The notes beneath the pieces were generated by a model. It made no database searches. It was not told the origin of the DNA and saw only the letters and a list, made by a program, of their open reading frames with translations. Shown here one piece after another: positions 12,210 to 26,616 of a stretch of 64,000 nucleotides of DNA. The stretch is taken from NCBI GenBank assembly GCA_043228905.1, contig JBHGNT010000023.1, positions 372,001-436,000 of the forward strand, in the 5' to 3' direction. Positions within the stretch are counted from its first letter, which is position 1; each line of letters begins with the position of its first letter. Both the position numbers and the translations under genes were made by a program. Source of the stretch: Azolla caroliniana. Taxonomy: Eukaryota > Plantae > Polypodiophyta.

Positions 12210-15200
12210 CAAGGAGTTGAGAAGAGCGCGTGAGTAAATTAAAATGTTCATAGCTGGCTTGTGTGATATCGGATTTTAGTGTTTCAACATGGGAATCGAA
12301 GCTAACAACACTAGCTAGGATATGGAATTAAAAAATCAAGATTTTGAAACTCAAGTCGAGAGATATGAAGAAATTAGTAAATTAGAGGAGGGAGTTGAGA
12401 AGAGCGCGTGAGTAAATTAAAATGTTCATACCTGGCTCGTGTGATATCGGATTTTAGTGTTCAAACATGTGAATAGAAGCTAACAAAACTAGCTACGATA
12501 TGGAATTAAATAATCAAGATTTTGACACTCAGGTCGAGAGACATGAAGAAATTAGTAAATTAGAGGAGGGTGTTGACGAGAGCGCGTGAGTAAATTAAAA
12601 TGTTCATACCTGGCTCGTGTGATATCGGATTTTTGTGTTCAAAGATACCAATCGAAGCTAACAACACTAGCTATAATATGGAATTAAAAAATCAAGATTT
12701 TGAAACTCAGATCGAGAGACATGAAGAAATTAGTAAATTAGAGGACGGTGTTGACAAGAGCGCATGAGTAAATTAAAATGTTCATACCTGGCTCGTGTGA
12801 TATCTGATTTTTGTGTTCAAACATGCGAATCGACGCTAACAACACTTGCTATGATATGGAATGAAAAAATCAAGATTTTGAAACTCAGGTCGAGAGACAT
12901 GAAGAAATTAGTAAAGTAGGGGAGGGAGTTGAGAAGAGCGCGTGAGTAAATTAAAATGTTCATAGCTGGCTCGTGTGATATCGGATTTTAGTGTTCAAAC
13001 ATGCGAATCGAAGCTAACAACACTAACTATGATATGGAATAAAAAAATCAATATTTTGAAACTTGGGTCGAGAGATATCAAGAAATTAGTAAATTACATG
13101 AGGGAGTTGAGAAGAGCGCGTGAGTAAATTAAAATGTTCATAGCTGGCTCGTGTGATATCGGAATTTAGTGTTCAAACATGCGAATCGAAGCTAACAACA
13201 CTAACTATGATATGGAATTAAAAAATCAAGATTTTGAAACTTGGGTCGAGAGATATCAAGAAATTAGTAAATTACATCAGGGAGTTGAGAAGAGCGCGTG
13301 AGTAAATTAAAATGTTCATAGCTGGCTCGTGTGATATCGAATTTTTGTGTTCAAACATGCGAATCAAAGCTAACAACACTAGCTATGATAAGGAATTAAA
13401 AAATCAAGATTTTGAAACTCAGGTCGAGAGACATGAAGAAATTAGTAAATTAGAGGAGGGTATTGCAAGAGCGCGTGAGTAAATTAAAATGTTCATACCT
13501 GGCTCTTGTGATATCGGATTTTAGTGTTCAAAGATACCAATCGAAGCTAACAACACTAGCTATAATATGGAATTAAAAAATCAAGATTTTGAAACTCAGA
13601 TCGAGAGACATGAAGAAATTAGTAAATTAGAGGAGGGTGTTGACAAGAGCGCATGAGTAAATTAAAATGTTCATAGCTGGCTCGTGTGATATCGGATTTT
13701 TGTGTTGAAACATGCGAATCGAAGCTAACAACACTTGCTATGATATGGAATAAAAAAATCAAGATTTTGAAACTCAGATCGAGAGACATGAAGAAATTAG
13801 TAAATTAGAGGAGGGTGTTGACAAGAGCGCATGAGTAAATTAAAATGTTCATACATGGCTCTTGTGATATCGGATTTTTGTGTTCAAAGATACCCATCGA
13901 AGCTAACAACACTAGCTAGGATATGGAATTAAAAAATCAAGATTTTGAAACTTGGGTCGAGAGACATGAAGAAATTAGTAAATTATAGGAGGGAGTTGAG
14001 AAGAGCGCGTGAGTAAATTAAAATGTTCATAGCTGGCTCGTGTGATATCGGATTTTTGTGTTCAAACATGCGAATCGAAGCTAACAACACTAGCTATGAT
14101 ATGGAATTAAAAAATCAAGATTTTGAAACTTAGGTCGAGAGATATCAAGAAATTAGGAAATTAGGAGAGGGAGTTGATAAGAGCGCGTGAGTAAATTAAA
14201 ATGTTCATACCTGGCTCGTGTGATCCTGGATTTTTGTGTTAAAAGATGCCAATCGAAGCTAACAATACTAGTTACGATATGGAATTAAAAAATCAAGATT
14301 TTGAAACTCAGGTCGAGAGACATGAAGAAATTAGTAAATTAGGGGAGGGAGTTGAGAAGAGCGCGTGAGTAAATTAAAATGTTCATAGCTGGCTCGTGTG
14401 ATATCGGATTTTTGTGTTCAAACATGCGAATCGAAGCTAACAACACTTGCTATGATATGGAATTAAAAATTCAAGATTTTGAAACTCAGGTCGAGAGACA
14501 TGAAGAAATTAGTAAAGTAGGGGAGGGAGTTGAGAAGAGCGCGTGAGTAAATTAAAATGTTCATAGCTCGCTCGTGTGATATCGGATTTTAGTGTTCAAA
14601 CATGCGAATCGAAGCTAACAACACTAACTATGATATGGAATTAAAAAATCAATATTTTGAAACTTGGGTCGAGAGATATCAAGAAATTAGTAAATTACAT
14701 GAGGGAGTTGAGAAGAGCGCGTGAGTAAATTAAAATGTTCATAGCTGGCTCGTGTGATATCGGAATTTAGTGTTCAAACATGCGAATCGAAGCTAACAAC
14801 ACTAACTATGATATGGAATTAAAAAATCAAGATTTTGAAACTTGGGTCGAGAGACATCAAGAAATTAGTAAATTACATGAGGGAGTTGAGAAGAGCGCGT
14901 GAGTAAATTAAAATGTTCATAGCTGGCTCGTGTGATATCGGATTTTAGTGTTCAAACATGCAAATCAAAGCTAACAACACTAGCTATGATAAGGAATTAA
15001 AAAATCAAGATTTTGAAACTCAGGTCGAGAGACATGAAGAAATTAGTAAATTAGAGGAGGGTATTGCAAGAGCGCGTGAGTAAATTAAAATGTTCATAGC
15101 TGGCTCTTGTGATAGCTGATTTTTGTGTTCAAACATGCGAATCGAAGCTAACAACACTTGCTATGATATGGAATAAAAAAATCAAGATTTGGAAACTCAG

Positions 15201-16599
15201 ATCGAGAGACATGAAGAAATTAGTAAATTAGAGGAGGGTGTTGACAAGAGCGCATGAGTAAATTAAAATGTTCATACATGGCTCTTGTGATATCGGATTT
15301 TAGTGTTCAAAGATACCAATCGAAGCTAACAACACTAGCTATGATATGGAATTAAAAAATCAAGATTTTGAGACTCAGGTCGAGAGACATGAAGAAATTA
15401 GTAAATTAGGGGAGGGAGTTGAGAAGAGCGCGTGAGTAAATTAAAATGTTCATAGCTGGCTCGTGTGATATCGGATTTTTGTGTTCAAACATGCGAATCG
15501 AAGCTAACAACAGTTGCTATGATATGGGATTAAAAAATCAAGATTTTGAAACTCAGATCGAGAGACATGAAGAAATTAGTAAATTAGAGGAGGGGGTTGA
15601 CAAGAGCGCATGAGTAAATTAAAATGTTCATACATGGCTCTTGTGATATCGGATTTTAGTGTTCAAAGATACCAATCGAAGCTAACAACACTAGCTATGA
15701 TATGGAATTAAAAAATCAAGATTTCGAAACTTGGGTCGAGAGACATGAAGAAATTAGTAAATTACATGAGGGAGTTGAGAAGAGCGCGTGAGTAAATTAA
15801 AATGTTCATAGCTGGCTCGTGTGATATCGGATTTTAGTGTTCAAAGATACCAATCGAAGCTAACAACACTAGCTATGATATGGAATTAAAAAATCAAGAT
15901 TTTGAAACTTGGGTCGAGAGACATCAAGAAATTAGTAAATTACATGAGGGAGTTGAGAAGAGCGCGTGAGTAAATTAAAATGTTCATAGCTGGCTCGTGT
16001 GATATCGGATTTTAGTGTTCAAACATGCGAATCGAAGCTAACAACACTAGCTATGATATGGAATTAAAAAATCAAGATTTTGAAACTTGGGTCGAGAGAC
16101 ATCAAGAAATTAGTAAATTACATGAGGGAGTTGAGAAGAGCGCGTGAGTAAATTAAAATGTTCATAGCTGGCTCGTGTGATATCGGATTTTAGTGTTCAA
16201 ACATGCTAATCAAAGCTAACAACACTAGCTATGATAAGGAATGAAAAAATCAAGATTTTGAAACTCAGGTCGAGAGACATGAAGATATTAGTAAATTAGA
16301 GGAGGGAGTTGAGAAGAGCGCGTGAGTAAATTAAAATGTTCATAGCTGGCTCGTGTGATATCGGATTTTTGTGTTCAAACATGCGAATCGAAGTTATGAT
16401 ATGGAATTAAAAAATCAAGATTTTGAAACTCAGATCGAGAGACATGAAGAAATTAGTAAATTAGAGGAGGGTGTTGAAAAGAGCGCATGAGTAAATTAAA
16501 ATGTTCATACCTGGCTCTTGTGATATCGGATTTTAGTGTTCAAAGATACCAATCGAAGCTAACAACACTAGCTATGATATGGAATTAAAAAATCAAGAT

Positions 16600-19500
16600 T
16601 TCGAAACTTGGGTCGAGAGACATGAAGAAATTAGTAAATTAGGGGAGGGAGTTGAGAAGAGCGCGTGAGTAAATTAAAATGTTCATAGCTGGCTCGTGTG
16701 ATATCGGATTTTTGTGTTCAAACATGCGAATCGAAGCTAACAACACTTTCTATGATATGGAATTAAAAAATCGAGATTTCGAAACTTGGGTCGAGAGACA
16801 TGAAGAAATTAGTAAATTAGGGGAGGGAGTTGATAAGAGCGCGTGAGTAAATTAAAATGTTCATACCTGGCTCGTGTGATACCGGATTTTTGTGTTCAAA
16901 GATGCGAATCGAAGCTAACAACAGTAGCTATGATATGGAATTAAAAAATCAAGATTTTGAAACTTGGGTCGAGAGACATGAAGAAGTTAGTAAATTAGAG
17001 GAGGGTGTTGCAAGAGCGCGTGAGTAAATTAAAATGTTCATACCTGGCTCGTGTGATCCCGGATTTTTGTGTTCAAAGATACCCATCGAAGCTAACAACA
17101 CTAGCTAGGATATGGAATTAAAAAATCAAGATTTTGAAACTTGGGTCGAGAGACATCAAGAAATTAGTAAATTACATGAGGGAGTTGAGAAGAGCGCGTG
17201 AGTAAATTAAAATGTTCATAGCTGGCTCGTGTGATATCGGATTTTTGTGTTCAGAGATGCGAATCGAAGCTAACAACACTAGCTATGATATGGAATGAAA
17301 AAATCAAGATTTTGAAACTCAGGTCGAGAGACATGAAGAAATTAGTAAATTGGAGGAGGGTGTTGACAAGAGCGCATGAGTAAATTAAAATGTTCATACC
17401 TGGCTCTTGTGATATCGGATTTTAGTGTTCAAAGATGCCAATCGAAGCTAACAACACTAGCTATGATATGGAATTAAAAAATCAAAATTTCGAAACTTGG
17501 GTCGAGAGACATGAAGAAATTAGTAAATTAGGGGAGGGAGTTGAGAAGAGCGCGTGAGTAAATTAAAATGTTCATAGCTGGCTCGTGTGATATCAGATTT
17601 TTGTGTTCAAACATGCGAATCAAAGCTAACAACACTAGCTATGATATGGAATGAAAAAATCAAGATTTTAAAACTCAGGTCGAGAGACATGAAGAAATTA
17701 GTAAATTAGAGGAGGGTGTTGACGAGAGCGCGTGAGTAAATTAAAATGTTCATAGCTGGCTCGTGTGATATCGGATTTTAGTGTTCAAACATGCGAATCG
17801 AAGCTAACAACACTAACTATGATATGGAATTAAAAAATCAAGATTTTGAAACTTGGGTCGAGAGACATCAAGAAATTAGTAAATTACATGAGGGAGTTGA
17901 GAAGAGCGCGTGAGTAAATTAAAATGTTCATACCTGGCTCGTGTGATCCCGGATTTTTGTGTTCAAAGATGCGAATCGAAGCTAACAACACTAGCTATGA
18001 TATGGAATTAAAAAATCAAGATTTTGAAACTTAGGTCGAGAGACATCAAGAAATTAGTAAATTAGAGGAGGGTGTTGACGAGAGCGCGTGAGTAAATTAA
18101 AATGTTCATAGCTGGCTCGTGTGATATCGGATTTTAGTGTTCAAACATGCGAATCGAAGCTAACAACACTAGCTAGGATATGGAATTAAAAAATCAAGAT
18201 TCTGAAACTCAGGTCGACAGATATGAAGAAATTAGTAAATTAGGGGAGGGAGTTGAGAAGAGCGCGTGAAACTTGGGTCGAGAGACATGAAGAAATTAGT
18301 AAATTAGAGGAGGGAGCTAGGAAGAGCGCGTGAGTAAATTAAAATGTTCATACCTGGCTCGTGTGATCCCGGATTTTTGTGTTCAAAGATGCGAATCGAA
18401 GCTAACAACACTTGCTATGATATGGAATCAAAAAATCAAGATTTTGAAACTCAGGTCGAGAGACATGAAGAAATTAGTAAAGTAGGGGAGGGAGTTGAGA
18501 AGAGCGCGTGAGTAAATTAAAATGTTCTTAGCTGGCTCGTGTGATATCGGATTTTAGTGTTCAAACATGTGAATGGAAGCTAACAACACTAACTATGATA
18601 TGGAATTAAAAAATCAAGATTTTGAAACTTGGGTCGAGAGATATCAAGAAATTAGTAAATTAGGGGAGGGAGTTGAGAAGAGCGCGTGAGTAAATTAAAA
18701 TGTTCATAGCTGGCTCGTGTGATATCGGATTTTGGTGTTCAAACATGCGAATCGAAGCTAACAACACTAGCTATGATATGGAATTAAAAAATCAAGATTT
18801 TGAAACTTGGGTCGAGAGACATGAAGAAATTAGTAAATTACAGGAGGGAGTTGAGAAGAGCGCGTGAGTAAATTAAAATGTTCATAGCTGGCTCGTGTGA
18901 TATCGGATTTTTGTGTTCAAACATGCGAATCGAAGCTAACAACACTTGGTATGATATGGAATTAAAAAATCAAGATTTTGAGACTAAGGTCGAGAGACAT
19001 CAAGAAATTAGGAAATTAGGGGAGGGAGTTGATAAGAGCGCGTGAGTAAATTAAAATGTTCATACCTGGCTCGTGTGATCCCGGATTTTTGTGTTCAAAG
19101 ATGCCAATCGAAGCTAACAATACTAGTTACGATATGGAATTAAAAAATCAAGATTTTGAAACTCAGGTCGAGAGACATGAAGAAATTAGTAAATTAGGGG
19201 AGGGAGTTGAGAAGAGCGCGTGAGTAAATTAAAATGTTCATAGCTGGCTCGTGTGATATCGGATTTTTGTGTTCAAACATGCGAATCGAAGCTAACAACA
19301 CTTGCTATGATATGGAATTAAAAAATCAAGATTTTGAAACTCAGGTCGAGAGACATGAAGAAATTAGTAAAGTAGGGGAGGGAGTTGAGAAGAGCGCGTG
19401 AGTAAATTAAAATGTTCTTAGCGGGCTCGTGTGATATCGGATTTTAGTGTTCAAACATGTGAATGGAAGCTAACAACACTAATTATGATATGGAATTAAA

Positions 19501-22500
19501 AAATCAAGATTTTGAAACTTGGGTCGAGAGATATCAAGAAATTAGTAAATTAGGGGAGGGAGTTGAGAAGAGCGCGTGAGTAAATTAAAATGTTCATACC
19601 TGGCTCGTGTGATATCGGATTTTAGTGTTCAAACATGCGAATCGAAGCTAACAACACTAGCTATGATATGGAATTAAAAAATCAAGATTTTGAAACTTGG
19701 GTCGAGAGACATGAAGAAATTAGTAAATTACAGGAGGGAGTTGAGAAGAGCGCGTGAGTAAATTAAAATGTTCATAGCTGGCTCGTGTGATATCGGATTT
19801 TTGTGTCCAAACATGCGAATCGAAGCTAACAACACTTGGTATGATATGGAATCAAAAAATCAAGATTTTGAGACTAAGGTCGAGAGACATCAAGAAATTA
19901 GGAAATTAGGGGAGGGAGTTGATAAGAGCGCATGAGTAAATTAAAATGTTCATACCTGGCTCGTGTGATCCCGGATTTTTGTGTTCAAAGATGCCAATCG
20001 AAGCTAACAATACTAGTTACGATATGGAATTAAAAAATCAAGATTTTGAAACTCAGGTCGAGAGACATGAAGAAATTAGTAAATTAGGGGAGGGAGTTGA
20101 GAAGAGCGCGTGAGTAAATTAAAATGTTCATAGCTGGCTCGTGTGATATCGGATTTTTGTGTTCAAACATGCGAATCGAAGCTAACAACACTTGCTATGA
20201 TATGGAATTAAAAAATCAAGATTTTGAAACTCAGGTCGAGAGACATGAAGAAATTAGTAAAGTAGGGGAGGGAGTTGAGAACAGCGCGTGAGTAAATTAA
20301 AATGTTCATAGCTGGCTCGTGTGATATCGGATTTTTGTGTTCAGAGATGCGAAGCGAAGCTAACAACACTAGCTAGGATATGGAATTAAAAAATCAAGAT
20401 TTTGAAACTCAGGTCGACAGATATGAAGAAATTAGTAAATTAGGGGAGGGAGTTGAGAAGAGCGCGTGCAACTTGGGTCGAGAGACATGAAGAAATTAGT
20501 AAATTAGAGGAGGGAGCTAGGAAGAGCGCGTGAGTAAATTAAAATGTTCATACCTGGCTCGTGTGATCCCGGATTTTTGTGTTCAAAGATGCGAATCGAA
20601 GCTAACAACACTAGCTATGATATGAAATGAAAAAATCAAGATTTTGAAACTCAGGTCGAGAGCGCGTAAGTAAATTAAAATGTTCATAGCTGGCTCGTGT
20701 GATATCGGATTTTAGTGTTCAAACATGCGAATCGAAGCTAACAACACTAACTATAATATGGAATTAAAAAATCAAGATTTTGAAACCTGGGTCGAGAGAT
20801 ATCAAGAAATTAGTAAATTACATCAGGGAGTTGAGAAGAGCGCGTGAGTAAATTAAAATGTTCATAGCTGGCTCGTGTGATATCGGATTTTAGTGTTCAA
20901 ACATGCGAATCAAAGCTAACAACACTAGCTATGATAAGGAATTAAAAAATCAAGATTTTGAAACTCAGGTCGAGAGACATGAAGAAATTAGTAAATTAGA
21001 GGAGGGTATTGCAAGAGCGCGTGAGTAAATTAAAATGTTCATAGCTGGCTCGTGTGATATCGGATTTTTGTGTTCAGAGATGCGAAGCGAAGCTAACAAC
21101 ACTAGCTATGATATGGAATTAAAAAATCAAGATTTTGAAACTCAGATCGAGAGACATGAAGAAATTAGTAAATTAGAGGAGGGTGTTGACAAGAGCGCAT
21201 GAGTAAATTAAAATGTTCATACATGGCTCTTGTGATATCGGATTTAAGTGTTCAAAGATACCAATCGAAGCTAACAACACTAGCTATGATATGGAATTAA
21301 AAAATCAAGATTTCGAAACTTGGGTCGAGAGACATGAAGAAATTAGTAAATTAGGGGAGGGAGTTGAGAAGAGCGCGTGAGTAAATTAAAATGTTCATAG
21401 CTGGCTCGTGTGATATCGGAGTTTTGTGTTCAAACATGCGAATCGAAGCTAACAACACTTTCTATGATATGGAATTAAAAAATCGAGATTTCGAACTTGG
21501 GTCGAGAGACATGAAGAAATTAGTAAATTAGGGGAGGGAGTTGATAAGAGCGCGTGAGTAAATTAAAATGTTCATACCTGGCTCGTGTGATACCGGATTT
21601 TTGTGTTGAAAGATGCGAATCGAAGCTAACAACACTAGCTATGATATGGAATGAAAAAATCAAGATTTTGAAACTCAGGTCGAGAGACATGAAGATATTA
21701 GTAAATTAGAGGAGGGAGTTGAGAAGAGCGCGTGAGTAAATTAAAATGTTCATAGCTGGCTCGTGTGATCCCGGATTTTTATGTTCAAAGATGCGAATCG
21801 AAGCTAACAACACTACGTATGATATGGAATGAAAAAATCAATATTTTGAAACTTAGGTCGAGAGACATGAAGAAATTAGTAAATTAGAGGAGGGTATTGC
21901 AAGAGCGCGTGAGTAAATTAAAATGTTCATACCTGGCTCGTGTGATATCGGATTTTTGTGTTCAGAGATGCGAATCGAAGCTAACAACACTAGCTATGAT
22001 ATGGAATTAAAAAATCAAGATTTTGAAACTCAGGTCGAGAGACATGAAGAAATTAGTAAATTAGAGGAGGGTGTTGACAAGAGCGCATGAGTAAATTAAA
22101 ATGTTCATACCTGGCTCTTGTGATATCGGATTTTAGTGTTCAAAGATGCCAATCGAAGCTAACAACACTAGCTATGATATGGAATTAAAAAATCAAAATT
22201 TCGAAACTTGGGTCGAGAGACATGAAGAAATTAGTAAATTAGGGGAGGGTGTTGACAAGAGCGCGTGAGTAAATTAAAATGTTCATACCTGGCTCGTGTG
22301 ATCCCGGATTTTAGTGTTCAAACATGCAAATCGAAGCTAACAATACTAGTTACGATATGGAATTAAAAAATCAAGATTTGGAAACTCAGGTCGAGAGATA
22401 TCAAGAAATTAGGAAATTAGGGGAGGGAGTTGAGAAGAGCGCGTGAGTAAATTAAAATGTTCATAGCTGGCTCGTGTGATATCGGATTTTTGTGTTCAGA

Positions 22501-25500
22501 GATGCGAAGCGAAGCTAACAACACTAGCTATGATATGGAATTAAAAAATCAAGATTTTGAAACTCAGATCGAGAGACATGAAGAAATTAGTAAATTAGAG
22601 GAGGGTGTTGACAAGAGCGCATGAGTAAATTAAAATGTTCATAGCTGGCTCGTGTGATATCGGATTTTTGTGTTCAAACATGCGAATCGAAGCTAACAAC
22701 ACTAACTATAATATGGAATTAAAAAATCAAGATTTTGAAACCTGGGTCGAGAGATATCAAGAAATTAGTAAATTACATCAGGGAGTTGAGAAGAGCGCGT
22801 GAGTAAATTAAAATGTTCATAGCTGGCTCGTGTGATATCGGATTTTAGTGTTCAAACATGCGAATCAAAGCTAACAACACTAGCTATGATATGGAATTAA
22901 AAAATCAAGATTTTGAAACTCAGGTCGAGAGACATGAAGATATTAGTAAATTAGAGGAGGGAGTTGAGAAGAGCGCGTGAGTAAATTAAAATGTTCATAG
23001 CTGGCTCGTGTGATCCCGGATTTTTATGTTCAAAGATGCGAATCGAAGCTAACAAAACTACGTATGATATGGAATGAAAAAATCAATATTTTGAAACTTA
23101 GGTCGAGAGACATGAAGAAATTAGTAAATTAGAGGAGGGTATTGCAAGAGCGCGTGAGTAAATTAAAATGTTCATAGCTGGCTCGTGTGATATCGGATTT
23201 TTGTGTTCAGAGATGCGAATCGAAGCTAACAACACTAGCTATGATATGGAATTAAAAAATCAAGATTTTGAAACTCAGGTCGAGAGACATGAAGAAATTA
23301 GTAAATTAGAGGAGGGTGTTGACAAGAGCGCATCAGTAAATTAAAATGTTCATACCTGGCTCTTGTGATATCGGATTTTAGTGTTCAAAGATGCCAATCG
23401 AAGCTAACAACACTAGCTATGATATGGAATTAAAAAATCAAAATTTCGAAACTTGGGTCGAGAGACATGAAGAAATTAGTAAATTAGGGGAGGGTGTTGA
23501 CAAGAGCGCGTGAGTAAATTAAAATGTTCATACCTGGCTCGTGTGATCCCGGATTTTAGTGTTCAAACATGCAAATCGAAGCTAACAACACTAGCTACGA
23601 TATGGAATTAAAAAATCAAGATTTTGAAACTTAGGTCGAGAGACATGAAGAAATTAGTAAATTAGAGGAGGGTGTTGACGAGATCGTGTGAGTAAATTAA
23701 AATGTTCATCCCTGGCTCGTGTGATATCGGATTTTTGTGTTCAGAGATGCCAATCGAAGCTAACAACACTAGCTTTAATATGGAATTAAAAAATCAAGAT
23801 TTCGAAACTTGGGTCGAGAGACATGAAGAAATTAGTAAATTAGGGGAGGGAGTTGAGAAGAGCGCGTGAGTAAATTAAAATGTTCATACGTGGCTTGTGT
23901 GATATCGGATTTTTGTGTTCAAACATGCGAATCGAAGCTAACAACACTTTCTATGATATGGAATTAAAAAATCGAGATTTCGAAACTTGGGTCGAGAGAC
24001 ATGAAGAAATTAGTAAATTAGGGGAGGGAGTTGATAAGAGCGCGTGAGTAAATTAAAATGTTCATACCTGGCTCGTGTGATACCGGATTTTTGTGTTCAA
24101 AGATGCGAATCGAAGCTAACAACAGTAGCTATGATATGGAATTAAAAAATCAAGATTTTGAAACTTGGGTCGAGAGACATGAAGAAGTTAGTAAATTAGA
24201 GGAGGGTGTTGCAAGAGCGCGTGAGTAAATTAAAATGTTCATACCTGGCTCGTGTGATCCCGGATTTTTGTGTTCAAAGATACCCATCGAAGCTAACAAC
24301 ACTAGCTAGGATATGGAATTAAAAAATCAAGATTTTGAAACTTGGGTCGAGAGACATCAAGAAATTAGTAAATTACATGAGGGAGTTGAGAAGAGCGCGT
24401 GAGTAAATTAAAATGTTCATAGCTGGCTCGTGTGATATCGGATTTTTGTGTTCAGAGATGCGAATCGAAGCTAACAACACTAGCTATGATATGGAATGAA
24501 AAAATCAAGATTTTGAAACTCAGGTCGAGAGACATGAAGAAATTAGTAAATTGGAGGAGGGTGTTGACAAGAGCGCATGAGTAAATTAAAATGTTCATAC
24601 CTGGCTCTTGTGATATCGGATTTTAGTGTTCAAAGATGCCAATCGAAGCTAACAACACTAGCTATGATATGGAATTAAAAAATCAAAATTTCGAAACTTG
24701 GGTCGAGAGACATGAAGAAATTAGTAAATTAGGGGAGGGAGTTGAGAAGAGCGCGTGAGTAAATTAAAATGTTCATAGCTGGCTCGTGTGATATCAGATT
24801 TTTGTGTTCAAACATGCGAATCAAAGCTAACAACACTAGCTATGATAAGGAATGAAAAAATCAAGATTTTAAAACTCAGGTCGAGAGACATGAAGAAATT
24901 AGTAAATTAGAGGAGGGTGTTGACGAGAGCGCGTGAGTAAATTAAAATGTTCATAGCTGGCTCGTGTGATATCGGATTTTAGTGTTCAAACATGCGAATC
25001 GAAGCTAACAACACTAACTATGATATGGAATTAAAAAATCAAGATTTTGAAACTTGGGTCGAGAGACATCAAGAAATTAGTAAATTACATGAGGGAGTTG
25101 AGAAGAGCGCGTGAGTAAATTAAAATGTTCATACCTGGCTCGTGTGATCCCTGATTTTTGTGTTCAAAGATGCGAATCGAAGCTAACAACACTAGCTATG
25201 ATATGGAATTAAAAAATCAAGATTTTGAAACTTAGGTCGAGAGACATCAAGAAATTAGTAAATTAGAGGAGGGTGTTGACGAGAGCGCGTGAGTAAATTA
25301 AAATGTTCATAGCTGGCTCGTGTGATATCGGATTTTAGTGTTCAAACATGCGAATCGAAGCTAACAACACTAGCTAGGATATGGAATTAAAAAATCAAGA
25401 TTCTGAAACTCAGGTCGACAGATATGAAGAAATTAGTAAATTAGGGGAGGGAGTTGAGAAGAGCGCGTGAAACTTGGGTCGAGAGACATGAAGAAATTAG

Positions 25501-26616
25501 TAAATTAGAGGAGGGAGCTAGGAAGAGCGCGTGAGTAAATTAAAATGTTCATACCTGGCTCGTGTGATCCCGGATTTTTGTGTTCAAAGATGCGAATCGA
25601 AGCTAACAACACTTGCTATGATATGGAATCAAAAAATCAAGATTTTGAAACTCAGGTCGAGAGACATGAAGAAATTAGTAAAGTAGGGGAGGGAGTTGAG
25701 AAGAGCGCGTGAGTAAATTAAAATGTTCTTAGCTGGCTCGTGTGATATCGGATTTTAGTGTTGAAACATGTGAATGGAAGCTAACAACACTAACTATGAT
25801 ATGGAATTAAAAAATCAAGATTTTGAAACTTGGGTCGAGAGATATCAAGAAATTAGTAAATTAGGGGAGGGAGTTGAGAAGAGCGCGTGAGTAAATTAAA
25901 ATGTTCATAGCTGGCTCGTGTGATATCGGATTTTGGTGTTCAAACATGCGAATCGAAGCTAACAACACTAGCTATGATATGGAATTAAAAAATCAAGATT
26001 TTGAAACTTGGGTCGAGAGACATGAAGAAATTAGTAAATTACAGGAGGGAGTTGAGAAGAGCGCGTGAGTAAATTAAAATGTTCATAGCTGGCTCGTGTG
26101 ATATCGGATTTTTGTGTTCAAACATGCGAATCGAAGCTAACAACACTTTGTATGATATGGAATTAAAAAATCAAGATTTTGAGACTAAGGTCGAGAGACA
26201 TCAAGAAATTAGGAAATTAGGGGAGGGAGTTGATAAGAGCGCGTGAGTAAATTAAAATGTTCATACCTGGCTCGTGTGATCCCGGATTTTTGTGTTCAAA
26301 GATGCCAATCGAAGCTAACAATACTAGTTACGATATGGAATTAAAAAATCAAGATTTTGAAACTCAGGTCGAGAGACATGAAGAAATTAGTAAATTAGGG
26401 GAGGGAGTTGAGAAGAGCGCGTGAGTAAATTAAAATGTTCATAGCTGGCTCGTGTGATATCGGATTTTTGTGTTCACACATGCGAATCGAAGCTAACAAC
26501 ACTTGCTATGATATGGAATTAAAAAATCAAGATTTTGAAACTCAGGTCGAGAGACATGAAGAAATTAGTAAAGTAGGGGAGGGAGTTGAGAAGAGCGCGT
26601 GAGTAAATTAAAATGT
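16600..26616 (+). repeat. Non-adjacent duplication of a ~2.8-kb block (16600-19415 and 23801-26616, offset 7201)
   Basis: ACAGTAGCTA at 16921/24122, TGGAGGAGGG at 17351/24552, 64-bp monomer junction at 18269/25470. Boundaries are approximate. Confidence 0.85.
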